Assembly: GCA_963706955.1 (NCBI GenBank)
Contig: CAVPOC010000008.1
Span: 928,001 to 992,000 of the forward strand
Length of the DNA: 64,000 nt
Direction: 5' to 3'
DNA from: an uncultured Verrucomicrobiae bacterium
GTDB lineage: Bacteria > Verrucomicrobiota > Verrucomicrobiia > Chthoniobacterales > Terrimicrobiaceae
How positions within the stretch are numbered: position 1 is the stretch's first letter; every line of letters begins with the position of its first letter. This document shows positions 41,015 to 49,361 of this stretch, piece after piece. The notes beneath the pieces were generated by a model. The model did not search any database, had not been told where the DNA came from, and was given only the letters and a program-made list of their open reading frames with translations. A program made the translations under genes and the position numbers.

Positions 41015-41812
41015 ATGAAATTCCTCCCAGCGTTCGCACTGGCCGTCATTTTTTCAGTGACTGCTTCACAGGCTTCAATCAAGACCGAAGAACTGACCTA
41101 TTCGGAAGGCGGGACCAACTTTAAGGGGTTCCTGGCTTGGGATGATGCGATTTCCGGCAAACGCCCTGGGGTTCTCGTAGTCCACGAATGGTGGGGTCTC
41201 AACGACTACGCCCGCAGCAGAGCAAAACAGCTGGCCGAGCTTGGTTACACGGCACTCGCCGTCGACATGTTCGGTGAGGGCAAGGTCGCGGATCACCCGA
41301 AGGACGCCGGTGCCTTTGCGGGCTCAATCATGAAAGATCCACAGGTGGCCATGGCGCGTTTTCGAGCAGCCATGCAAGCGCTCAAATCGCAGCCGACCGT
41401 GGAGCCTGACAAGATCGCCGCAATTGGTTACTGCATGGGAGGTGCCATCGTGCTTAGCGCCGCGCGTCAGGGGCTTGATCTCGATGCGGTCGCCAGCTTT
41501 CACGGCTCGCTCGGCGGGCTTCTGCCGATCAAAGGTCCGATCAAGGCGAAGATCCTCGTCTGTCATGGTGCCGACGACTCTTTTATCCCTCCCGAGACTG
41601 TTGAAGCCTTCAAGAGGGAGATGAAGGATGCCGGCGCGGACATGAAATTCGTCTCCTATCCGGGTGCAAAACATGGGTTCAGCAACCCAGCCGCTGAAGC
41701 TACGGGCAAGAAGTTTGAAATAGATATCGCCTACAACGCTCAGGCGGATACCGAGTCCTGGAAGGAACTGAAGGCCTTGCTCGAAAGCGTGTTTCCGCCG
41801 GGCCGCAAGTAG
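41015..41812 (+). CDS. Dienelactone hydrolase family protein (secreted)
   Basis: Signal peptide; VHEWWGLN, GYCMGG, SFHG, HGADD, HGFSNP. Confidence 0.92.
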   Translation: MKFLPAFALAVIFSVTASQASIKTEELTYSEGGTNFKGFLAWDDAISGKRPGVLVVHEWWGLNDYARSRAKQLAELGYTALAVDMFGEGKVADHPKDAGAFAGSIMKDPQVAMARFRAAMQALKSQPTVEPDKIAAIGYCMGGAIVLSAARQGLDLDAVASFHGSLGGLLPIKGPIKAKILVCHGADDSFIPPETVEAFKREMKDAGADMKFVSYPGAKHGFSNPAAEATGKKFEIDIAYNAQADTESWKELKALLESVFPPGRK

Positions 41813-41864
41813 AACCGCGATCCGAGTACTTAGTCGCGGGCCTCAATCGTCGAGGGCTGTTCCC

Positions 41865-41889
41865 CGGCGGCGTGGACGCCGCCGCTACA
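41865..41889 (-). repeat. REP, family B (single intact half)
   Basis: CGGCGGCGTGGACGCCGCCGCTACA. Confidence 0.75.
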
Positions 41890-42003
41890 ACAATAAATGG
41901 CGCCTCAGCGCTGCTTCGGTTTGTATGCATAGTACATGGGTCGGCGCTTAGGCTGCTATAAAATCGCGCCGTCGGCGCTCAACCACTCCGCCCTCGGTCT
42001 GGT

Positions 42004-43710
42004 CTACAGACGAAAGAGGAGGTTGATCTCGCATTCCTCGCCTTTGGCGCTGCGTTCGATTCGATCGGCGTGCAGTCCAGAAAGATATCCGGTCAGTCCA
42101 TTGACGAAGCTTTGTTCTTCCACCATTTCCCTCTTCGGGCGTGCATCGGGCAGGTTGGGAAGATTTCCGACGTATTTGAGCGCAACCTTCACGTCGAAGC
42201 TGTCGCTGCCGACCCGGATTTCTACCGGGCCCTGCGCATTCGCCGAAACCTGCTCGATGGCTTCGTCCACAACCGAACGCACCCTCTTCACATCTTCCGG
42301 CGGAATCTTCCATTCGCTCGCCTGCTGGAGGAAGAAATCGTCAAAGGTTTTCGCGGTCACTGACGATCCACGCTCTCCCACCCGCAATTGGCCGTAGCGC
42401 CAAGTCCCCAAGAGGAAGATCGCGTTGAGAGCAACGGAGCTGATTACCGCCACGGTTATCTCTGAGCCTGTGAATTGATGCGCCCAGGCGGGCAGCGACT
42501 CATAGAATTCAGGAAAGATCATCACCGAGAGCGCACTGAGAATGGAAAAGCCGACGATCAGCGACGCGCGCAGGGTGATCGGCCGACTTGCCACAATTTG
42601 AATTCCAGCGACAAACATCAGCGACCCGTTAAAAAACAATGCCGCTGCCATAACTGGCCGGGGCATCCCGACAATCAGACTGGAAAACTTCGGGAAGCAG
42701 GCCAGCAGGACAAGCCATCCCGCGATCGACCAGGCAATCACCCGACTGGTCGCACCAGTGGTCTTTTCGATCCCGACGAGGCTTGGACTGGCACTCATTC
42801 CCGGTGCTCCCAAGGCTCCCCCCACCGCGCAGCCGATTCCATCAGCCATCACTCCGGCCTCGATGTTTTTCATGTCGGGTCGGCGCCACGCCGCATCGTT
42901 CATCTGCTGGCACGTCGTTAGCACACCGACCACCCGCAAACCTGAAGCCAGGCCGGCAATCGCAAAGGGGACCATCAACGAGGGCTCAAAACCAAAGGAG
43001 AGAAACCGCGGGTCCGGAACAGCAAAGACTGGACTCGCAGAAAGCTTTTCCGAGAAGCCCGCTGGAAACAACCCGAACACCGTGGCCATTCCGTAGCCGA
43101 CCAAGATGCCCGTGAGCGCGCACAGTAATCTCGGCAGGCCCTTGGCCCAGACTGCCAGAATTGTCATCGTCAGCAAGACAGCGAAAGCCGTTGCAAACAT
43201 CATCCCGCTGCGCGGGTCATTCGCAGTGGCATCCTCAAAAAGCACAGCCAAGCCGATCTTGCCGAGCTCGATTCCGACAGCAATGATCACGACCCCGGCA
43301 ACCACTGCGGGAAACAGCTTACGCAACTTATTGACGAGCCGCCCAATCAACGTCTCGCACGCCCCGGCGAAGATCACCATTCCGCAGGCAACCGGAAATC
43401 CAAAGTGGGTCGCCGCCGTGATGCTTGAAGGAAGATAAATCGCGGAAACGACCGGCGGACACAAGTATCCAGAACCGATCCTGCCGATGCGAAGGCTCTG
43501 GAGCACCGTGAGAAAGGCAACCGCGATCATCGCCAATGCCATCGCATTCCGCGCCTGGTCATGCGGGAGTTTGGCCGCGTCGGCGACCAGCGCCACCATC
43601 ACCAGGTACGGGCATATGACGGCCACATGCTGAAAACCCAGCGCCAGTAGCTGTAATGGCGGCGGCTTCTCATCCAGCGCATAAATGAGGTCCTTGGGTC
43701 GCTCAGGCAT
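42004..43710 (-). CDS. NCS2 xanthine/uracil permease with C-terminal soluble extension
   Basis: IY.LDEKPP....ALGFQH, LFPAVVAG, GVMADG, TGATSR, PKF; about 110 aa polar C-terminal domain. Confidence 0.85.
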   Translation of the reverse strand: MPERPKDLIYALDEKPPPLQLLALGFQHVAVICPYLVMVALVADAAKLPHDQARNAMALAMIAVAFLTVLQSLRIGRIGSGYLCPPVVSAIYLPSSITAATHFGFPVACGMVIFAGACETLIGRLVNKLRKLFPAVVAGVVIIAVGIELGKIGLAVLFEDATANDPRSGMMFATAFAVLLTMTILAVWAKGLPRLLCALTGILVGYGMATVFGLFPAGFSEKLSASPVFAVPDPRFLSFGFEPSLMVPFAIAGLASGLRVVGVLTTCQQMNDAAWRRPDMKNIEAGVMADGIGCAVGGALGAPGMSASPSLVGIEKTTGATSRVIAWSIAGWLVLLACFPKFSSLIVGMPRPVMAAALFFNGSLMFVAGIQIVASRPITLRASLIVGFSILSALSVMIFPEFYESLPAWAHQFTGSEITVAVISSVALNAIFLLGTWRYGQLRVGERGSSVTAKTFDDFFLQQASEWKIPPEDVKRVRSVVDEAIEQVSANAQGPVEIRVGSDSFDVKVALKYVGNLPNLPDARPKREMVEEQSFVNGLTGYLSGLHADRIERSAKGEECEINLLFRL

Positions 43711-43838
43711 GCCGAAAAATGCGAGGTGAGCAGGGATAATCCCAGTCAAAACAAACGACCACTCGGTCCTGTACCGGAGTTCGGCATCATACAATCCGCC
43801 GTGGTAAACGCCTTCGATTTAAATCACACTTGGTGGCG

Positions 43839-44648
43839 ATGAGAGTGCTGCCAGACAAGTTTCTTGCCGCGATGATCGCCGTGCGGCCGTTGCCGGGCAG
43901 TCCGCGCTATGCCGGAAGCAGCCGAGCCGTGATAAACGCTGCCCTCTCTGATCTTGAAGAATACATCGAGGCTGGCGCAGACGTGATCGTCCTGGAGAAC
44001 AGTCATGATATTCCCTACATTAAGCCTCCTCTGGATCCGCACGGCGTTGCACTCATGAAGCGCATCGCCCGGGAGGCTCGGAAACGCTTTGGCGGACCCA
44101 TGGGCCTTCAGATGCTCGAAGGAGCCAATGAAAGCGCCCTGGAGATTGCATGCGAGGCGGATCTCGATTTCCTGCGCGTCGAAGGTTATGTCTTTGCGCA
44201 CATCGGCGGCGCCGGCTTGATCGAAGGTTGCGCGGGACGCTTGCTCCGTAAACGAGCAAGCCTCGGCTGCAAACATGTCAAAATCTTCGCCGACGTGAAT
44301 AAAAAGCATTGCTCGCACGCACTCACCGGCGATCTCGATATCACCGATGTCGTTAAACAGGCCGAATTCTTCCTCGTCGACGCCGTCATCGTCACAGGAC
44401 CAAGAACCGCCGAGCCTCCTGAACTCAAAGAGCTCCGCCGGGTGAAGGAATCGGCCAACGTTCCCGTCTTCATCGGTTCCGGAATAAACGCGCGAAATAT
44501 TTCCAAATATATGCCGCTGGCAGATGGATTCATCGTCGGCTCGACCCTTCGGCAGGACGGCAAGTTTCTCAGCCCTCTTGACCCCAAGCGGCTACGCGCC
44601 TTTGTCAGCGCATTCCAAGAGGCACGCGATCACGAATGGCATTCGTAG
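43839..44648 (+). CDS. BtpA/SgcQ family protein
   Basis: PLPGSP, LENSHD.PY, FADVNKKH, VIVTG..T, GSGI, ADGFIVGS. Confidence 0.88.
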   Translation: MRVLPDKFLAAMIAVRPLPGSPRYAGSSRAVINAALSDLEEYIEAGADVIVLENSHDIPYIKPPLDPHGVALMKRIAREARKRFGGPMGLQMLEGANESALEIACEADLDFLRVEGYVFAHIGGAGLIEGCAGRLLRKRASLGCKHVKIFADVNKKHCSHALTGDLDITDVVKQAEFFLVDAVIVTGPRTAEPPELKELRRVKESANVPVFIGSGINARNISKYMPLADGFIVGSTLRQDGKFLSPLDPKRLRAFVSAFQEARDHEWHS

Positions 44649-44656
44649 GGGCCCCT

Positions 44657-44838
44657 GCGCGGCCAGTTGATGGTTGAGACTTGATAGGTGAGAGAGACAG
44701 GAGTGGGGAGCGGGGAGCGATCAAGACATAGGTAACACTTCTGGTTCAGGACATGGGTAACACATGAGGGCGGTTAGAGCGTGCGGCGCGATTGCCTTTC
44801 CTCTCAACCCTCAACAATCAACTATCAACTGGCCGCGC
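44657..44838. repeat. 38-bp imperfect inverted repeat built from heptamers, enclosing an IS481-like terminal repeat pair
   Basis: GCGCGGCCAGTTGATGGTTGAGACTTGATAGGTGAGAG (44657-44694) versus 44801-44838; internal GACATAGGTAACAC and GACATGGGTAACAC. Confidence 0.75.
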
Positions 44839-44851
44839 GTTGCGCGGCCGT

Positions 44852-45484
44852 TCACGGTTTTTTGTAAAAGCGGATTGCCTCGATTCCGCTGCCGAAGTGC
44901 TTCAAAGCATAGACTCCGCGTTCGCCGCCGCGCCCCGGATCGCGGATGAGATAGTCAAAGCCCTCCTTGCCGCAGATGACCACGAAATGCGTAATGCCAT
45001 TGGGATAACGCAGCCGCGCGATCACCGGATTATTGTCGAGCAGGTTGCTGTCAATCAGGAAATAGGATGGCAAATCTTCGTAGTGCGGCAAAAGACGGGA
45101 CCTAAAGCCCGCATCAAACGCTGCTGCTTTTTCCCAGTAGATCCACCCTTGCGGCGTGTAGCCGCCCGGTAAATTTGTCAGGAATTTGTTCAACCGGCCC
45201 GGATCCACATCGACGCCATAAGTCGCAAGCGTCATTGCCGCCGACGCGACGGCACAACCTTCCGCCGCGAGCTTGCCCGGAGTAGACCCGAGAGCGTCCT
45301 TGCCCCATCGAGGATCGGACTGAAAGAACTGCGGCACATTCAACTCGAGTCGCCCCGGATAATAGAGGCCGCCGGAACCGGCCACTGGCCGTTCCTTCTT
45401 CCAATCATTCACCCACCAGGCGCCCCACGCACCCAGGCAAACCAAGACAAGCAGGAGACAAAGAAAAATCCGCCTTGCGGTCAT
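44852..45484 (-). CDS. Peptidase C39-like family protein, membrane-anchored
   Basis: F.QSDPRW, GCAVASAAM, HFVVICG, IRDP catalytic pattern. Confidence 0.8.
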   Translation of the reverse strand: MTARRIFLCLLLVLVCLGAWGAWWVNDWKKERPVAGSGGLYYPGRLELNVPQFFQSDPRWGKDALGSTPGKLAAEGCAVASAAMTLATYGVDVDPGRLNKFLTNLPGGYTPQGWIYWEKAAAFDAGFRSRLLPHYEDLPSYFLIDSNLLDNNPVIARLRYPNGITHFVVICGKEGFDYLIRDPGRGGERGVYALKHFGSGIEAIRFYKKP

Positions 45485-45510
45485 GATAAACTGAATCTTG
45501 TTTACAAACC

Positions 45511-46278
45511 GTGATTCCGCGAGTCCTGATTTTTTGCCTGCTGACGGCTTCGGCCGCGCTCGCGGATTTCAACAAGACCATCCTCGACCAAGTCCGCACC
45601 ATGCCTGCCGGAGGCGGTTACGCGACCAACATCAAGGCACACGCCGCGCTCGCCGACTCGGTTCAAGTTCACGATTCGGTCCGTATTCAACCGGAGCTGG
45701 CGATGCCTGCTTATTGCTCCGGGGCGACCTACCTCGTCTTCCTTAAGACACTTCAAGCTCTTCAAGAGAACGGAACAATTTCCCTTTCACACGAAACATG
45801 GGCCGCGCTTGTCCCGCGATTGCGGCCCGACGGCAAGGACACCCTTCCCGATGGCGAAAGCGTCTGGGGACGCTGGAATGCCAATGGGCCCGGGACCGCG
45901 CGCCTCTTTCACCAACTCGGACTCGGGCGCAGTTTCACCGAGTTCTCGGCAGCTCGGTCCGGCGACTTCATGAAGGTATTTTGGACCGATGCCGTCGGAA
46001 AAAAAGAAAGCGGACACTCCGTTGTCTTCCTCGGACTTGAGAACGTCAATGGCGTCGAAACTGTCCGCTTTTGGTCGAGCAATCGTCCGGGAGGTTTCGG
46101 GGAGAGTTCCGTCCCACGAGAGAAAATCGCGCGGGCTATTTTTTCCCGTCTCGAGCACCCCGGAAGAATCTCCGATTGGTCGAAGCTCTCGGTGAGCGAT
46201 CCCTATCTCGCAAGTCTGCTCACCACCGAATCAAGCTTCCGTGAGGCGGCCAGAATGTCGGGGATCGGCGGCCGCTAG
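45511..46278 (+). CDS. Secreted hypothetical protein (possible papain-like Cys-His hydrolase)
   Basis: Signal peptide; YCSGATY, GDF, GHSVVFLG. Confidence 0.7.
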   Translation: MIPRVLIFCLLTASAALADFNKTILDQVRTMPAGGGYATNIKAHAALADSVQVHDSVRIQPELAMPAYCSGATYLVFLKTLQALQENGTISLSHETWAALVPRLRPDGKDTLPDGESVWGRWNANGPGTARLFHQLGLGRSFTEFSAARSGDFMKVFWTDAVGKKESGHSVVFLGLENVNGVETVRFWSSNRPGGFGESSVPREKIARAIFSRLEHPGRISDWSKLSVSDPYLASLLTTESSFREAARMSGIGGR

Positions 46279-46279
46279 G

Positions 46280-46420
46280 AGCTCGAGAAGGGTTATCCAC
46301 AGATTTCAGAGATTTCCGCAGATTCTTTGGAAGGCACGCGGGAGAACTTCCGCATCTTTCAAGGGGCACGACGTAGCCTCTCGCCCTCATGCGTATTTAT
46401 CTGTGCCCATCTGTGGATTA
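46280..46420. repeat. Family C periodic palindromic element
   Basis: ATCCACAGATTTCAGAGATTTCCGCAGATT ... ATCTGTGCCCATCTGTGGAT between convergent genes. Confidence 0.78.
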
Positions 46421-46451
46421 TGATCGCTCGCGCACAAAGTGACGCAGATTT

Positions 46452-48062
46452 TCAGGGAAGGGCTTCGAGAAGGATCCGCCGGATCTCCTTGGCAGTTTCA
46501 GGATTCTGCGGAGCGCTGTGGTCCGAAGGCACGATCCGCTCACTCACGGCGGTTCTGAGATGCGAACTCCAGTAGGGCACGACGCCGTCCGTGCTGTTCG
46601 GCGAGTCTCCCATGCCGCGATCGCCGATTACAGAATGATACGGAATTGTCTCGGTAAGCGGCAGTGTCTCGATGGCTTCTAAGATGGGCGAGCCGGATTT
46701 CAGGAAGCGGATGCTGTTGGCTGGGAGCGTGAACAGTCCCCTCAGATCCTCCCGAATCGCCTCGAGCAAGACTTTCCGGTCCCGACGGCTGACGGTTCGC
46801 GGCATCTGGATAAAGCGAATGGCTGTTTGAATGATGGGGTTGTGAGGAATGGGACTGCCCCTATGGGGTGTCGTCACGTAAACCACGCGAGCGATATCGG
46901 TGCGCGGAGAGAATTTCACCATATCTGTAATCATGCGCCGCGCTTCCGGGCTGAGATCGAGCTCCTCGAGTGGAGTGTCCGACAGCGTCGCCCAAAAACT
47001 CTCTCCGGGATCACGGACCATCAGGCTCGAGACAAGCCCGCCCATGCTATGGCCCACCAGAATGATCCGGTGAAGGTTCGCGTGGCGACCGTGCTTCTCG
47101 AGCTCGCGGTGGAAGCGGTCCAGGTCCGTGCGCAGCAGCATGGAGGAGTGCCAGATGGGAAGGCCGGTGGGATAGAGGAAAACCCAAAATTGATAGCGCG
47201 ATCGAATGCGCGCGTCGGCCATGAGGCCGTTGAGCACCTGTACCCAAGCCTCCGGCCGCGAGAATAAGCCATGAACAAGAATCACTGGAATCCGTTCGCG
47301 GTCGTAGAGTTGAATTTGGTAGAGTCCGGCGTGTCGCAGATGCTGTCGTGTAAACACGAGCCCGGGAACGTCGAACGGACGGTTCGGCGAGCGGGACACC
47401 GCTAGGGCAATTGAGGCGGAAAAATCGGCCACCAACGGAAGCTTTCTGCCGTCGCTGTCAACATGGTCTCTTTCGAGCCGGTTGTAAAAACTTAGCCGTG
47501 CCTCGTTGCCAGCGAAGCTAAGAAACGCCGTCACGGGCACGGAAATCCCGAACCGGGAAATCCCAGGCTGATCCCTGAGAAAGGGCGAACCTCGATCGTA
47601 GCAGAATACAAACGGCACGCCGGCACCTTCCTCCGTCGTGCGCGGTCCAAGGTCACTCGTGTGAACGTTCGCCGCCAGGGTCACTAGATTCGCTGCTGCC
47701 GGGTCGAGCCGGAGCATGCCCTCGCGCTCAATGGTGAGGGTGAACGAGCCGTCGCGCCCCGTAACCTCGCCTTCAACGAAACGCCGCTCTTGCACGACGG
47801 CGACGACCTCGGCGAGCGCCTTGTTGTAGTTCTCGCCGTCCCGTTTGTTTCCCTCGATCATCCCGGACCAAGCCGCCTTGGCCGCACTAAGGGCCGCGGA
47901 TAAACGCTCGTCGGAACGAGTAACGACAGCCTGTCGCCGAGCCAGAACTTCGGCGGTTCGGAGAACCGGGCGTTCCGCGGTGGCGGTTTCCTCGGCGCAG
48001 ACTGTGCCGCCTGTTAACGCCCAGAAGGCGGCGACGATCGAGAGACACCATCGTTTAACCAC
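46452..48062 (-). CDS. Alpha/beta hydrolase (esterase/lipase family), secreted
   Basis: VHGLFS, F.YPTG, GHSMGG nucleophile elbow, TPHRGS, DGVVPYWSSH. Confidence 0.85.
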   Translation of the reverse strand: MVKRWCLSIVAAFWALTGGTVCAEETATAERPVLRTAEVLARRQAVVTRSDERLSAALSAAKAAWSGMIEGNKRDGENYNKALAEVVAVVQERRFVEGEVTGRDGSFTLTIEREGMLRLDPAAANLVTLAANVHTSDLGPRTTEEGAGVPFVFCYDRGSPFLRDQPGISRFGISVPVTAFLSFAGNEARLSFYNRLERDHVDSDGRKLPLVADFSASIALAVSRSPNRPFDVPGLVFTRQHLRHAGLYQIQLYDRERIPVILVHGLFSRPEAWVQVLNGLMADARIRSRYQFWVFLYPTGLPIWHSSMLLRTDLDRFHRELEKHGRHANLHRIILVGHSMGGLVSSLMVRDPGESFWATLSDTPLEELDLSPEARRMITDMVKFSPRTDIARVVYVTTPHRGSPIPHNPIIQTAIRFIQMPRTVSRRDRKVLLEAIREDLRGLFTLPANSIRFLKSGSPILEAIETLPLTETIPYHSVIGDRGMGDSPNSTDGVVPYWSSHLRTAVSERIVPSDHSAPQNPETAKEIRRILLEALP

Positions 48063-48224
48063 AGATTCACACCGATTCACACCGATAGAGGAGAGCTCGG
48101 GCGCGGAGCAGGCAAGAACTCGGGCTTCACACGCTTCTTAGCCGTGGCGGCTGCAAGGCTGATCCACAGTGGTGACGTTTCGCACAGTCGTCCAAATCTG
48201 TAAAAGTCTGTGCCAATCTGTGGG
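48057..48224. repeat. Family C periodic palindromic element (long spacer)
   Basis: AACCACAGATTCACACCGATTCACACCGAT ... AATCTGTAAAAGTCTGTGCCAATCTGTGGG. Confidence 0.72.
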
Positions 48225-48234
48225 TCCTCGGGAA

Positions 48235-49134
48235 CTAGAAGCCAAGCGAGCGAATAAAGTCGCGATTGCGCTTGGCGGATTCCTTCGGCTTGCCCATGCC
48301 CGGGAGGACATCCTGCTCGACAACGCCCCATCTATCATACTCGAGTATCTCGAGCTCCTTCATGAGAGCTGAAAAGTCGACATTACCCTTGCCGAGTTCA
48401 CAAAAAATACCATGGCGGACACATTGAAAGTAATCCCAGCCCTTTTCTGCGGCTTCCCTCCCCACGCCAGGATGATAATCCTTGAAATGGAAGTGCCAGA
48501 CGCGTTTGCCGTACCGGCGCAAGCCCTCCAGCGGATCGCCTCCTCCAAAGCGATAGTGACCGCAGTCAAAGGTCAAGCCGAGCACTTCCGGGTCGGTGAG
48601 CGACATGAGTCGGGCGATCTCTGCGGGCGTCTCCACGTATCCGGCGCAGTGATGGTGGAAAGCGGTCCGTAGTCCGGTTTCTTTTTTAACCGCTTCCGCC
48701 ACTTTCGTCGCTCCTTCGGCATAAGATTGCCACTCGGCATCGCTCAGCCCCATCTCCGGAGTAACCCGCCCCGCATTTTTCGTGCGCTCGGGAACTCTCC
48801 CATTCTCATCCGCGAGAACAATGACGGGCAGGCTTCCCTCCACCGCGGCCATCAAGCGCGCGGTGCGAACGGCGATTTCCACGCCGGCGGCGTGTTCCGA
48901 CGGTTCTTTGAGAAAGACCGGCACAAATGCCCCCAGCAGCACCAGGTTTCGCGCGTGAATCTCCTGGGCGAGTTTCTTCGGTTCAGTCGGCATGAATCCC
49001 CAATCGCCCAGCTCGGTTCCGGCATAGCCCGTCTCAGCAATTTCATCCAGCACCTGCACGTATCCCGGAGCTTCCCCTTCCAGTTCGAATTCGAGTGCTC
49101 CCCAAGAACACGGCGCGTTAGCGATCTTGATCAT
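48235..49134 (-). CDS. Sugar phosphate isomerase/epimerase TIM barrel (IolE inosose dehydratase-like)
   Basis: ANAPCSWG, GTELG, FHHH.AGYVET, D.GH, HFKD, ELGKG.VDF, VVEQD. Confidence 0.85.
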   Translation of the reverse strand: MIKIANAPCSWGALEFELEGEAPGYVQVLDEIAETGYAGTELGDWGFMPTEPKKLAQEIHARNLVLLGAFVPVFLKEPSEHAAGVEIAVRTARLMAAVEGSLPVIVLADENGRVPERTKNAGRVTPEMGLSDAEWQSYAEGATKVAEAVKKETGLRTAFHHHCAGYVETPAEIARLMSLTDPEVLGLTFDCGHYRFGGGDPLEGLRRYGKRVWHFHFKDYHPGVGREAAEKGWDYFQCVRHGIFCELGKGNVDFSALMKELEILEYDRWGVVEQDVLPGMGKPKESAKRNRDFIRSLGF

Positions 49135-49361
49135 TGCATCACCTCAGTTTGAACGTAGAAACGGACCCACCAAGCAATAAGCGCAGGGGGAATCCTGCTC
49201 CATGATGAGCAAAGACCAGCAGACCGGTCAAGCCCGCCAGGATCGCGAAGATCGGGCCAGCACTTCTCCTGTAAATGGCTGAAACACATTGCAGCACCGG
49301 GCATGAAAATGTACTACCGCAGGTTGGAAGCGCCCCCAGGTTTCACGCCTCTACTTGCGAT

